Shown: positions 1 through 13,702 of the stretch, one piece after another
Position numbering within the stretch: the stretch's first letter is position 1
How the letters are laid out: each line of letters opens with the position of its first letter
Assembly (NCBI RefSeq): GCF_009914755.1
Contig: NC_060945.1
DNA: 64,000 nucleotides
Origin: the human T2T-CHM13v2.0 reference genome, Homo sapiens
Strand: one strand, 5' to 3'
Notes under the pieces: model-generated
Databases searched by the model: none
Seen by the model: only the letters and a program-made list of their open reading frames with translations
What the model was told of the DNA's origin: nothing
Position numbers and translations under genes: made by a program

Positions 1-265
1 CCATTCGAGTCCATTCCATTTCTATTCCTTTCATTTCCATTCCTTTCCATTCGAGTCCATTCCATTCCACTCGATTCTATTCCATGTGATTCCATTGCAT
101 TCCAGACCGTTCCATTCCGTTCCATTCAATTCGAGTCCATTCCATTCGATTACATTTCATTAGATTCCATTTCATTCGATTCCATTCCATTCGAGTCCAT
201 TCCATTCCATTCCATTCCAGTCCATTCCATTCGAATCCATTCTCTTCTATTCCATTCCATTCCAT
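1..265 (+). repeat. Classical HSat3-type (CATTC)n satellite, end of an array (runs off the window edge)
   Basis: CATTC pentamers with recurrent CATTCGAGTC/ATTCGA interruptions (e.g. 2-11, ~130-138, ~188-197). Almost no CCACT. The right boundary is approximate. Confidence 0.85.
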
Positions 266-3200
266 ACCGCTCCGTTCTACTTTACTCCACTCCACCACAC
301 TAAATTCCATTATATCCAACTCCATTCCATGCCATTCCACTCCTCTCCTCTGCACTGCACTCCACAGCGCTCCATTCCACTCCATCCCATTCTATTCTGC
401 TCCATTCCACTGCAATCTTCTCCACCCCACTCATCTCCACTTCATTCCATTCCATTCCATTCCATCTCATTGCATGCGTCTCCATTCTAGTCAACTCTAC
501 TTCACCCCACTCTTCTCCACTTCAGTCCACTCCATTCGATTCCATTCCATTTCCCTGCATTCTGTTCTATTCCTTTCTTTTGAAAGTATCTCACTCTGTC
601 ACCCAGCCTGCAGCGCAGTGGCACAATCTCAGCTCACATTTCATTTCATCATTCCATTGCATTCCATTCCACTCTATTCCACTCTACTCCACTCCACTCC
701 AATCCATTCCACTCCACTCCACTCCAGTCCATTCCACTCCACTCCTTTCCATTCCATCCCATTTCATTCCACTCCTTTCCACTCCACACCAATCCTCCCC
801 ACTCCATTCCATTCCACTCCTTTCCTTTCCATTCCTTTCTTTTGACAGGATCTCACTCTGTCACCAAGACTTGTGTGCAGTGGCAGAATCTCATCTCATA
901 TTTTACTTCACCATTTCATTCCATTCCATTCTGTTCCACTGCACTCCACTCCACTCCACTGAATTCTACTCCACTCCACTCCAATCGATTCCTTTCCATT
1001 CCATTCCAATCCCTTCCATTCCACTCCTTTCTTTCAACAGGATCTCCCTCTGTCACACAGGCTGTAGCACGTGGCGTAATCTCAACACACATTCCTTTTC
1101 ACCATTTCATTCCATTCCATTTCATTCCATTCCATTCCATTCCATTACAATTCATTCCATTCCACTGCATTCCTTTTCACTCTATTCCAGTCCACTCCAC
1201 TCCATTTCATTCCACCGCATTCCATTCCACTCTTTTCCACTCTTTTCCACTCCATTCCACTCCATTCCATTTCATTCCACTCCATTCCATTTCACTCCAC
1301 TCCACTCCTCTCCACTCCATTCCACTCCACTCCACTCCATTCCACTCCACTCCATTCCATTTCATTCCATTCCACTCCATTCCTTTCCCTTCCACTCCGT
1401 TCCTTTCCCTTCCATTCCATTCCATTCCATTGCATTCTACTCCACTCCACTCGTTTCCTCTCCCTTCCATTACACTCCACTCATTTCCTTACCATTCCAT
1501 TCCTTACCATTCCATTCCACTCCACTCCTTTCCATTCCATTGCAGTCCACTCCACTCCGCTCCACTCCACTCCACTTCACTGTACTCCTTTTCACTCCAT
1601 TCCATTTCACTCAATTGCATTCCATTCCTTTCTTTCGACACTATATCAGTGTGTCACTCAGGCTGGAGAGCAGTGGCACAGTCCCTGCTCACATTACATG
1701 ACAACTTTCCATTTCATTGCATTCTATTTCATTGCATTCTATTGCATTCCATTCCATTCCATTCTATTCCATTCTATTCCTTTCCACTCCACTCCACTCC
1801 ACAACATTCCATCCCATTCCACTCCACTCCACTCTACTACATTACATCACATCCAATTCCATTCCACTCCATTCCACTCCTCTCCACTCCCCTTCTCTCT
1901 AAACCACTCCATTTCACTCCATCCCATTCCATTCCGCTCCATTCCACTGGACTCCGCTCCACCCCACTCCACTCCACTTCTTTCAATTCCATTCCATCCC
2001 ATTCCATTCCTCTCCATTCCACTCCACTCCACTTCACTCCACTCCACTCCAGTCCACTCCATTCCAATCCATTCCATTCCACTGCATTCCATTCCATTCC
2101 TTTCTTTCGAGTGTATCTCACTCCGTCACCCAGCCTGGAGAGCAGTGGCACAATCTCAGCTGACATTTCATTTCACCATTCCATTCCATTCCGTTCCATT
2201 CAGTTCCATTCTGCTCTACTCTACTCCACTCCATTGCAATCCATTCACTTCACTCCACTCCATTCCATTCCACTCCACTCCTTTCCCTTCCATCCCATTC
2301 CATTGCACTCCTTTCCTCTCCAATCCACTCTACTCCACTCCATTCCATTCCATTGCACTCCATTAGATTGCATTCCTTTCGTTTGACAGGATTTCACTCT
2401 GTCACCCAGGCAGGAGTGCAGTGGCACAATCTCACCCCATTTTTCATTTCACCATTCCATTCCTTTCCATTCCACTGCACTCCACTCCAATCCACTGAAT
2501 TCCACTCCACTCCACTCCAACCTATTCCATTCCGTGCAATTCCAATCCCTTCCATTCCTCTCCTTTCTTTTGACAAGATCTCCCTCTCTCACACAGGGTG
2601 TAGCGCAGTGGCACAATCTCAGCACACATTTCTTTTCACGATTCCATTCCACTCCATTTCATTCCTTTCCATTCCGTTTCATTCCATTCCATTCATTTCA
2701 ATTGCATTCCATCCCACTCCATTCCATTCCATTCCATTCCACTCCATTCAATTCCATTCCACTCTATTCCATTCCATTCCACTCCACTCCATTCCATTCC
2801 ACTCCAATCCATTCCACTCCACTCCTCTCCACTCCACTCCTCTAAACTCCACTCCACTCCATTCCATTCCTTTCCATTCCATTCCATTCCATTCCATTCC
2901 ATTCCATTCCATTCCATACCATTCCTTCCCTTTCTTTCCAAAGGATCTCACTCTGTCACAGGGGCTGGAGTGCTGTGGCACAATCTCAGCTCACATTTCT
3001 TTTCACCATTCAATTACGTTCCATTCCATCCCATTCCATTCCTCTCTATTTCACTCCACTCCACTCCATTCCACTCCATCCCATTCCAGTCGACTCCATT
3101 GAACTAAACTCCATTCCACTCCACTCAAATCCATTCCATTCCATTCCATAACATTTCACTCCATGGCATTCCATAGCTTCCTTTCCACTGTATATCACTT

Positions 3201-6200
3201 TGTCACCCAGGCTTGAGTGCAGTGGCACTATCTCAGCTCATATTACATGTCAACTTTCCATTGCATTGCATTCTATTCCATTGCATTCAATTGCATTCCA
3301 TTCCTTTCCATTACATCCTTTCCATTCCATTCCTTTCCCTTCCATTCCACTCCGTTCGACTCCACTCCACTCCTCTACATTCCATTACATCTGATTCCAT
3401 TCCACTACATTCCACTCCTCTCCATTCAACTACACTCCACTCCACTCCATTCCACTCCATTCCAATCCATTCCGCTCCATTCCACTGCACTTCCCTCCAC
3501 CCCTCTCCACTCCACTTCATTCCATTCCATTCCATCCCATTCCATTCCCCGCCATTCCACTCCACTCCACTTCTCTCCACTCCACTCCTCTCCAGTTCAC
3601 TCCATTCCACTCCACTCCACTCACTCCACTCCACTGCATTCCATTCCACTCCCTTCTTTCGAGAGTATCTCACTCTGTCACCCAGCCCGGAGTGTAGTGG
3701 CACAATCTCAGCACACATTTCATTTCACCATTCCTTTCCATTCTATTCCATTCCATTCCATTCAACTCCACTCCACTCCAATGCATTCCACTCCTCTCCA
3801 TTCCCGTCCATTCCATTCCACTCCTTTCCATTCCACTCCTTTCCACTCCACTTCCCTCCAATCCACTCCATTCCATTCCACTCCATTCTATTCCTTTGTT
3901 TTGATGGGGTCTCACTCTGTCACCCAGGCTGGTGTGCAGTGGCACAATCTCAGCTCATATTTCATTTCACCATTCCACTGCACTCCACTCCACTCCACTC
4001 AATTCCACTCCACTCCACTCCAATCCATTCTTTTCCATTCCATTCCAATCCCTAACATTCCACTCCTTTCTTTTGACAGGATCTTCCTGTGTCACACAGG
4101 CTGTAGCACAGTGGCACAATCTCAGCACACATTTCTTTTCACCATTTGATTCCATTCCATTCCACTCTATTTCTTTCCATTCCAATCCCTTCCACTGCAC
4201 TCCACTCCACTCCACTCCTCTCCATTCCCCTCCACTCCACTCCATTCCACTCCATGCCACTCCATTCCACTCCACTCCACTCCATTCCATTCCACTCTAC
4301 TCCATTCCACTCCACTCCTCTCCATTCCACTCCAATCCATTCCACTCCATTCCACTCCTTGCCACTCCATTCCACTCCACTCCACTCCATTCCATTCCAC
4401 TCTATTCCACTCCACTCCACTCAATGCCACTCCCCTCCACTACACTCCATTCCACTCCACACCTATCCACTCCACTCCACTCCCCTCCACTGCATTATAT
4501 TCTTCTCCACTCCACTCCCCTCCACTACATTATATTCCACTCCATTCCATTCCATTCTTTCTTTCCACAGGATTTCACTCTGTCACAAAACTGGAGTGCA
4601 GTATCACAATTTCAGCTCACATTTCTTTTCACCATTCCATAGTATTCCATTCCATCGCATTCCATTCTACTCTATTTCATTCCACTCCACTCCACTCCAT
4701 TCCGTTCCACTCCACTCCGTTCCATTCCACTCCATCCCATTCCATTGGACTCCACTCCATTCCACCCCATTCCACTCCACTGCATTTCACTCCATTCCAC
4801 TCCATTCCACTCCACTGCACTCCACTCCACCCCACTCCATTCCATTCCACTCCATTCCATTCCATTGCACTCCATTCCATTCCATTCCATTCCACTCCTT
4901 TCCATTCCATTCTACTCCACTCCATTCCGCTCTACTCCACTCAACTCTACTCCTCTCCACTCCACTCCATTCCATTCCATTCCACTCCATTCCATGCCAT
5001 TCCATTCCACTCCACTCCTTTCCATTCCATTCCACTCCACTCCATTCCACTCTACTCCATTCCACTCCACTCCATTCCACTCTACTCCTCTCCACTCCAC
5101 TCCATTCCAGTCCACTCCATTACACTCCACTCCATTCCACTCTATTCCCCTCCACTCCACTCCATTCTATTCCATTCCACTCCATTCCATGCCATTCCAT
5201 TCCACTCCATTCCAGTCCTCTCCATTCCACTCTACTCTATTCCACTGCACTCCACTCCATTCCATTCCATTCTACTCCATTCCATTCCGTTCCTTTATTT
5301 CTACTGGATCTCACTCTATCAACCAGACTGGAGTTCAGTGGCACAATCTTAGATCACATTTCATTTCATCATTCCATTCCATTCCTTTCAATTCTATTCA
5401 GTACAACTCCGTTCCACTCCACTCCACTCCACTTAATTCCATTACATCCGATTCCATTCCACTCCATTCCACTCCTCTCCTCTCCACTGCACTCAACTCC
5501 ATTCCACTCCATCCCATTCCAATCTGCTCCATTCCACTGCAATCCCCTCCACCCCACTCATCTCCATTTCATTCCATTCCATTCCATCCCATTCCAGTCC
5601 ACTCCACTTCACCCCACTCCATTCCACTGCAGTCCACTCCATTCCATTCCACTGCATTAAATTATATTCCATTCTTTTGAAAGAATCTCACTCTGCCACC
5701 CAGCCTGGAGCACAGTGACACAATCTCGGGTCACATTTCATTTCACGATTCCATTCCATTCCATTCCATTCCACTTCACTCCACTCTTCTCCACTCCACT
5801 CCAATCCACTCCACTCTACTCCACTCCATTCCAGTCCACTCCACTACACTCCATTCCATCCCATGCCATTCCACTCCTTTCAACTGCACTCCACTCCACT
5901 CCATTCCAGTCCACTCCACTACACTCCATTCCATTCCACGCCATTCCACTCCTTTCCACTCCACTCCACTCCACTCCACTCCACTCCATTCCATTCCATT
6001 CCACTCCTTTCTTTTGACAGAATCTCACTCTGTCACCCAGGCTGGTGTGCAGTGGCACAGTTTCATCTCACATTTCACTTCAGCATTCCATTCCATTCCA
6101 TTCTATTCCACTGCACTCCACTGCACTCCACTCCACTCAATTAGACTCCACTCCAGTCCAATTCATTCCATTCCAATCCCTTCAATTCTAAGCCTTTCTT

Positions 6201-9200
6201 TCGACAGGATCTCCCTCTGTCACACTGGCTGTAGTGCATTGGCACAGTCTCAGCACACATTTCTTGTCACCATTTCATTCCATTCCGTTCCATTCCATTC
6301 CATTCTATTACACTACATTCCATTCCACTGCATTCCATTCCACTCTACTCCAGTGCACTCTACTCCATTTCATTCCACTACATTCCATTCCACTCTTTTC
6401 CACTCCATTCCAATCTATTCCGTTCCATTCCTCTCCATTCCATTCCACTCCACTCCACTCCATTCCACTCCTCTCCACCCCATTCCTCTCTACTCCACTC
6501 CATTCCACTCCACTCCATTCCATTTCATTCAATTCCACTCCATTCCATTCCCTTCCATTACATTCCATTTGATTGCATTCCACTCCATTCCACTCCATTC
6601 CTCTCCATTCCACTCCACTCTGCTCCGTTCCATACCATTCCATTCCATTCCATTCCTCTCCACCCTATTCCAATCCATTGCATTCCACTCCACTCCACTT
6701 TAATCCACTCCACTCCTCTCCACTCCATTCCATTCCATTTCACTCCATTGCATTCCATTCCTTTCTTTCAACAGGATATCACTGTGTCACCCAGGCTGGA
6801 GTGCAGTGGCACAATCTCTGTTCACATTACATGTCAACTTTCCATTTCACTGCATTCTATTCCATTGCATTCCATTGCTTTCCATTTCATTCCATTCCAG
6901 TCCATTCCATTCCATTCCACTCCACTCCATTCCATTCCATTCCATTCCACGCCACTCCACTCCATTCCATTCCATACCATTCCTTTCCTTTCTTTCCAAA
7001 GGATCTCACTCTGTCACAGAGGCTGCAGTGCAGTGGCACAATCTTAGTTCACATTTCTTTTCATCATTCCTTTGCATTCCATTCAATCCCATTCCATTCC
7101 TCTCTATTTCACTCCACTCCACTCCACTGCATTCCATTCCACTCCATCCCATTCCATTCGACAACATTCCACTAAACTCCACTCCACTCCACTCAACTCC
7201 ATTCCATTCCGTTCCATACCATTTCACTCCATTCCATTCCATAGCTTCTTTTCCACAGGATATCACCGTGTCACCCAGGGTGGAGTGCAGTGACACTATC
7301 TCAGCTCACCTTACATGTCAACTTTCCATTGCTTTGCATTCAATTGCATTCCATTCCATTCCATTCCATTCCATTCCATTCCATTCCACTCCGTTCGACT
7401 CCACTCCTCTCCACTCCTCTACATTCCATTACATCTGATTCCATTCCACTCTATTCCACTCGTCTCCACTCCACTGCACTCCACTCCATTCCACTCCATT
7501 CCACTCCATCCCATTCCATTCCACTCCATTCGACTGCACTCCACTCCACCCCACTCTATTCCTCTTCATTCCATTCCATTCCATCTCATTCCATTACTCT
7601 CCATTCCACTCCACTCCACTTCACTCCACTCCACTCCTCTCCAGTCCACTCCATTCCATTCAATTCCATTCCATTACACTGCATTCCATTCCATTCCTTT
7701 CTTTCGAGAGTATCTCACTCTGTCACCCAGCCTGGAGCGTGGTGGCACAATCTCAGCTCATATTACATTTCACCATTCCATTCCATTCTCTTCCTTTCTA
7801 TTCCACACCACTCCACTCCAGTACGTTCCCCTCCACTCCACTCCATTCCAGTCCATTCCAGTCCTTTCCATTCCATCCCATTCCATTCCACTCCTTTCCA
7901 CTCCACTCCCCTCCACTCCACTCCAATCCATTCCATTCCACTCCATTCCATTCCATTGCTTTCTTTTGACAGGACCTCACTCTATCAACCAGGCTGATAT
8001 GCAGTGGCACAATCTCAGCTCACATTTCATTTCACCATTCTACTCCATTCCATTCCATTCTATTCCACTGCACTCCACTCCAGTCAATTCCATTCCACTC
8101 TACTCCAATCAATTCCATTCCATTCCATTCCAATCCCTTCTACTCCACTCATTTCTTTCAACAGGATCTCCCTGTGTCACACATTTCTTTTCACCATTTC
8201 ATTCCATTCCACTCCAGTCCACTCCACTCCATTCCAATCCATGTCAATCCATTCCACTCCACTCCATTCCATTCCACTCTACTTCACTCCAGTCCACTCG
8301 TCTCCATTCCACTCCACTCCACTCCACTGAATTCCACTCCATGCCACTCCATTCCACTCCACTGCATTCCACTGCATGACACTCCATTCCACTCCACTCC
8401 ACTCCATTCCATTCCACTCCACTCCACTCCATTCCATTCCACTCTACTCCACTCCATTCCACTCCACTCAATTCCATTTCACTCCACTCCACTCCATTCC
8501 TCTCCACTCCACTCCACTCCTCTCCACTCCTCTCCACTGCATTCCATTCCACTCCATTCCTCTCCACTCCACTCCTCTCCACTCCACTCCACTGCATTCC
8601 ATTCCACTCCATTCCATTCCATTAATTTCTTTCCACAGGAACTCACTATGTCACAAAGGCTGGAGTGCAGTGGCACAGTCTCAGCTGACATTTCTTTTCA
8701 CCATTCCATTGCATTCCATTCCATCCTATTCCATTCCACTCTATTTCACTCCACCCCACTCCACTCCATTCCTTTCCACTCCTTCCCTTTCCATTCCGCT
8801 CCACTCCACTCCATTCCACTCCGTTGCATTCCATTCATTTCTTTCAACAGGATATCACTGTGTCACCCTGGCTGGAGTGAAGTGGCACAATCTCAGCTCA
8901 CGTTACATGTCATCTTTCCATTGCGTTGCATTCTATTCCATTGCATTCCATTGCATTCCATTGCATTCCATTCCATTCCAGTCCTTTCCATTCTATTCCA
9001 TTCCATTAAATTCCATTCCATTCCATTCTGTTCCACTCCACTCCCCTGCACTGCACTACATTCCATTACACCCGATCCCATTCCACTCCATTCCAGCCCT
9101 CTCCACTCCACTGCACTCCACTCCACTCTATTCCAATCCATCCCATTCCATTCCGCTCCATACCACTGCACTCCACTCCACCCCACTCCACTCCTCTTCA

Positions 9201-9836
9201 TTCCATTCCATTCCATCTTTTTCCATTCCTTTCGATTGCACTGTACTCCACTTCACTCCACTCCACTCTGCTCCACTCCACTCCACTCCACTCCAAACCA
9301 TGCCATTCCATTCCACTGCATTCAATTCCATTCCTTTCTTTCGAGAGTATCTCACTCTGTCACCCAGCCTGGAGCACAGTGGCAGAATCTCAGCTCACAT
9401 TTCATTTCACCATTCCATTGCATTCTACTCCATTAAATTCCAATGCACTCCACTCCACTCCAATCCATTCCACTCCACTCCACCCCAGTCCAGTCCACTC
9501 CAGTCCTTTTCTTTCCTTCCCATTCCATTCCACTCCTTTCTACTCCACTCCATTCCACTTCTTTCAATTCCATTACATTCCATTCCACTCCATTCCACTC
9601 CATTCCACTCCATTCCATTCCAGTACTTTCTTTTGACTGTATCTCACTCTGTCACCCAGGCTAGTGTGCAGTGGCACAATCTCAGCCCATAATTTCACCA
9701 TTCCATTCCATTCCATTCCACTGCACTCCACTCCACTCCACTCAATTCCACTTCACTCCACTCCTATCCATTCCATTCCATTCCAATCCCTTCCATTCCA
9801 CTCCTTTATTTCAACAGGGTCTCCATCTGTCACACA
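266..9836 (+). repeat. Diverged (CCACT/CCATT)n HSat3-related composite satellite with periodic Alu fragments; ~6 higher-order units of ~1.5-2.0 kb
   Basis: Mixed CCACT/CCATT pentamers interrupted every ~170-740 bp by a ~60-bp non-pentameric block. Block variants recur in a largely fixed order, with type A at ~578, 2105, 3657, 5675, 7702 and 9339. Confidence 0.9.
578..9836 (-). mobile_element. ~28 tandemly amplified ~60-bp Alu right-arm 3'-end fragments (AluJ-like), non-autonomous relics
   Basis: Consensus tttgacaggatctcactctgtcacccaggctggagtgcagtggcacaatctcagctcac matches the antisense Alu 3' end (GAGACAGGGTCTCGCTCTGTCGCCCAGGCTGGAGTGCAGTGGCGCGATCTCGGCTCAC) with CpGs decayed. Approximate starts: 578, 841, 1031, 1631, 2105, 2382, 2569, 2935, 3181, 3657, 3899, 4071, 4561, 5298, 5675, 6012, 6199, 6766, 6993, 7250, 7702, 7964, 8157 (truncated), 8630, 8842, 9339, 9631, 9809 (truncated). 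Confidence 0.9.
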
Positions 9837-12800
9837 TGATCACCCAGGTGATAGGACTTTTGTCTAGGCTCTGCCTACGGTGGCATTGTGACATATCTCT
9901 TCACTGATCACCCAGGTGATGTAACTCTTGTGTTGGATCTGCCTAGGGGGAATCATGACATATTTCTGCACTGATCACCCAGGTGTTGGGACTCTTGTCT
10001 AGGCTCTGTATATGGGGGATTTGTGACATATCCCTGCACTGATCACCCAGGTGATGTAACGCTTGACTAGGCTGTGAATTCTGGGGCATAGTGACATCAC
10101 TACATTGATCACTGAGATGACGTAACTCTTGTCCAGGCTCTAGCTATAGAAGGCCCAGTGACATATCTCTGCACTGATCATCTACTTGATGTAACTCTTG
10201 GTTACACATTGCCTGCAGAGGCATTGTGAAATATCTCTTTACTGATCAACCAGGTGATCTAAGTCTTGTCTAGGCTCTGCCTACAGGGGGTTTTGTGGCA
10301 TAACCCTGCACTGATCACCCAGGTGATGGGACTCTTCTCTAGGCTCTGCCTATTGGGGGCATTGTCACATATTTCTGCACTGATCACCCAGGTGATGGAC
10401 TCTTGTCTTGGATCTGCCCATGGGGGCATTGTGACATATCTCTGCACTGATCACCCAGGTGATGTAACTCTAGTCTAAGCTCTGCCTAAAGTGGCATTGT
10501 GACAGATCTCTGTACTGATCACTCAGCTGATGTAACTATTGTCTAGGCTCTGCTTAAAGGGGCCTTGTCACATATGTCTACACTGATCACCCAGGTGATG
10601 TAACTGTTGTCTAGGTTCTGCTTACAGAGGATATTGTAACATATCTCTGCACTGATAACGTAAGTGATGTAATACTTGTGTAGGCTCTGCCTACAGGGGC
10701 ATTTTGACATATCTCTGCACTGTTAACCGAGGTGATGTAATTCTTCTCTAGGCTGTGCCCACAGGGGCGTTGAGACATATCTCTGCACTGATCCCAAGGT
10801 GATCCAACTGTTGTCTGGGCTCTGCCTACTGGGGGCATTGTGACATATCTCTGCACTGATCTCCCACGTGATGTAACTTTTATCTAAGCTCGGGCTACAT
10901 GGCATTGTGACATATTACTGCACTGATCACCCAGGTGATATAACCCTTGTCTAGGCTCTGCCTACAGGGGGCTTGTGACACATCTCTGCACTGATCACCC
11001 AGGTGATGTATCTCTTGTCTAGGATCCGCCTACAGGTTGCTTTGTGACATATCCCTGCAATGATCACCCAGGTGATGTACCACTTGTCAAAGCTCTGACT
11101 ACAAGGGGTTTGCTATGTATCTCTGCACTGATAATATAGGTCATGTATCTCTTGTCTAGGCTCTACCTACAGTGGCATTGTGATATATCTCTGCACTGAT
11201 CACCCAGGTGATGGAATCCTTGTCTAGGCTCTGCCAAAATGGGGCATTGTGATATAACTCTGCACTGATCACCCAGGTGATGCGACTCTTGTCTAGGCTC
11301 TGCCTACAGGAGCATTGTGACATATCTCTGCATTGATCACGCAGGTGATGTAACTCTTGTCTATATCTGCCTACTGGTGGCATTGTGGCATATTTCTGCA
11401 CTGATCACCCAGGTGATGGACTCTTGTCTTGGATCTGCCTATGGGGGCATAATGACATATCTCAGCACTGATCACTCATATGATGTAACGCTTGTCTAAG
11501 CTGCGCCAAAAGGGGAATTGTGAAAGATATCTCCACTGATCACCCAGGTGATGTAACAATTTTCTGGTATTTGTCTACAGGGTGCTTTGTGACATATCTT
11601 TGCACTGATCACCCAAGAGATGTAACACTTGTCTAGGCTCGGCCTACAGGGGCTTTGTGACATATGTCTGTACTGATCACCCAGGTGAAGTAACTCTTGT
11701 CTAGGCTCCACCTACAGGGGGTATTGTGACGTATCTCTGCACTGATCACCCAGGTGATGTAACATTTATCTAGGCTCTTCCTACAGGGGCGTTTTGACAT
11801 AGCTCTGCACAGCTCACCTAGGTTATATAACTCTTGTCCACTCTCTGCCTACAGGGGCATTGTGAAACATCTCTGCACTGATCACCCAGGTGATGCGACT
11901 CTTCTCTATACTCTGCCTAGAAGGGGTTTGTGACATACCTCTGCACTGATAACCCAGGTGATGGAAGTCTTGTCTAGGCTCTGTCTATGGGGGCATTGTG
12001 TCAAATATCTGCACTGTTCACCCAGGTGATGTACCTCTTTTCTAGGCTCTGTCTACAGGGATTTTTGTGACATATCACTGCACTGATCACCTAGGCGATA
12101 TAAGCTTTGTATGGGCTTTGCCTACAGAAGGCTTTGTGACATATCTATGCACTGATCTCTGAGGTGACGCAACTCTTGTCTAGGCACTGCCTACAGGGTA
12201 CATTGGTACATAACTCTGCACTGAGCACCCAGGTGATGGACTCTTGTCTGAGATCTGCCTACAGGGACATTGTGATACATCTCTGAACTGATCAACCAAG
12301 TGATGAAACTCATGTCTAGGCTCTGCCTACAGGGGCTTTGTGACACATCTCTACACTGATCACCCTGGGGAAGGAACTCTTGTCTATGCTCTGCCTACAG
12401 GGGACATTGTGGCATATGTCTGCACTGATAACCCAGGTGATGCAACTCTTCTCAATGCTCTGCCTACATTTGGCATTGTGACATATCTCTGCACTGATCA
12501 CCCATTTGATGTAACTCTTTTCTAGTCTCTGCCTACAGAGGGCGTTGTGACATCACTCTGCACGGATCACACGGGTTATTTAACTCTTGTCTAGGCTCTG
12601 CCTACGTGGGCATTGTGACTTATCTCTGCACTGATCACCCAAGAGATGTGTCACTTGTCTAAGCTCTGTGTAGAGGGACATTGGGACATATCTCTGCCCT
12701 GATCGCTGAGGTGATGTAAAATTTGTCTAGGCTTGCCTACAGTGGGATTTATGACGTATCTCTGCACTGATCACCCAGGTGATGTAACTCTTGTCTAGGC

Positions 12801-13702
12801 TCTGCTTACAGGGAGTATTGTGAGATATCTCTGCACTGATCACACAGGTGATGAAACTCTCGTCTAGGCTCTGCCTACAGGGGCTTTGTGACACATCTCT
12901 GCACTGATCACCCTAGGGAGTGAACTCTTGTCTACGCTCTGCCTACAGGAATCTTTATGACTTATACCTGCACTGATAACCTAGGTGATGTAACACTTGT
13001 CTAGGCTCTGCCTACACGGGAATTCTCACATATCTCTGCACTGATCACCCAGGTGATGTAACTCCTGTCTAGTTTCAACCAACGGGAGCGTTTTGACATA
13101 TCTCTGCCCTGATGACCCAGGTGATGTAACCCTTGTCTAAGCTCTGCCTACAGGGGCATTGTATCAGATCTCTCCAATGCTCACCCAGGTGATGTAACAA
13201 TTGTCTGAGCTTTGCCTACAGGGGGCTTTGTGATATACATTTCCACTGATCAAACAGGTGATGTAACCCTTGTCAAGGTTCTGCTTACAGGGGATTTGTG
13301 ACATAGCTCTGCACTGATCACCCCAGGGAGGAAACACTTGTCTGCACTCTTCCTAAAGGAGGATTTACGACTTATCCCTGCACTGATCACTAGGTGATGT
13401 AACACTTGTCTAGGCTCTGTCTACATGGGAATTTTCACATATCTCTACACTAATCCCCTAAGTGATGTAACCCTTGTCTAGGTTCAGCCTACTGGGGATT
13501 TCTGACATACCTATGCACTGATCACTGAGGTGATGTAAATCATTTCCAGGCTTTTTGTACAGGGGACCTTGTGATATATCTCTGCACTGATCACCCAAAT
13601 GATGCAAATCGTCTCTAAGCTCTGCAGGGAGGGGGCATTGTGACATACTTCTGAACCAATCATCCAGGAGATGTAAGTATACTCCAGGCTTTGACTTAAG
13701 AG
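9837..13702 (-). repeat. Beta satellite (BSR, 68-bp Sau3A) block 1
   Basis: Tandem ~68-bp monomers ctgatcacccaggtgatgtaactcttgtctaggctctgcctacaggggcattgtgacatatctctgca, the reverse complement of GATCAGTGCAGAGATATGTCACAATGCCCCTGTAGGCAGAGCCTAGACAAGAGTTACATCACCTGGGT. Confidence 0.96.

Noticed and set aside
578-9836. CRISPR-like pattern of a repeated block with variable spacers
   Set aside because: The repeats are diverged Alu fragments, the spacers are 100-700 bp of satellite, the context is eukaryotic, and there are no cas genes.
77-9907. Many long ORFs (HSIPFHSTPL.../MEWNGVEW..., up to 514 aa)
   Set aside because: These are translations of stop-poor pentamer satellite, open in several frames at once, with no domain content.
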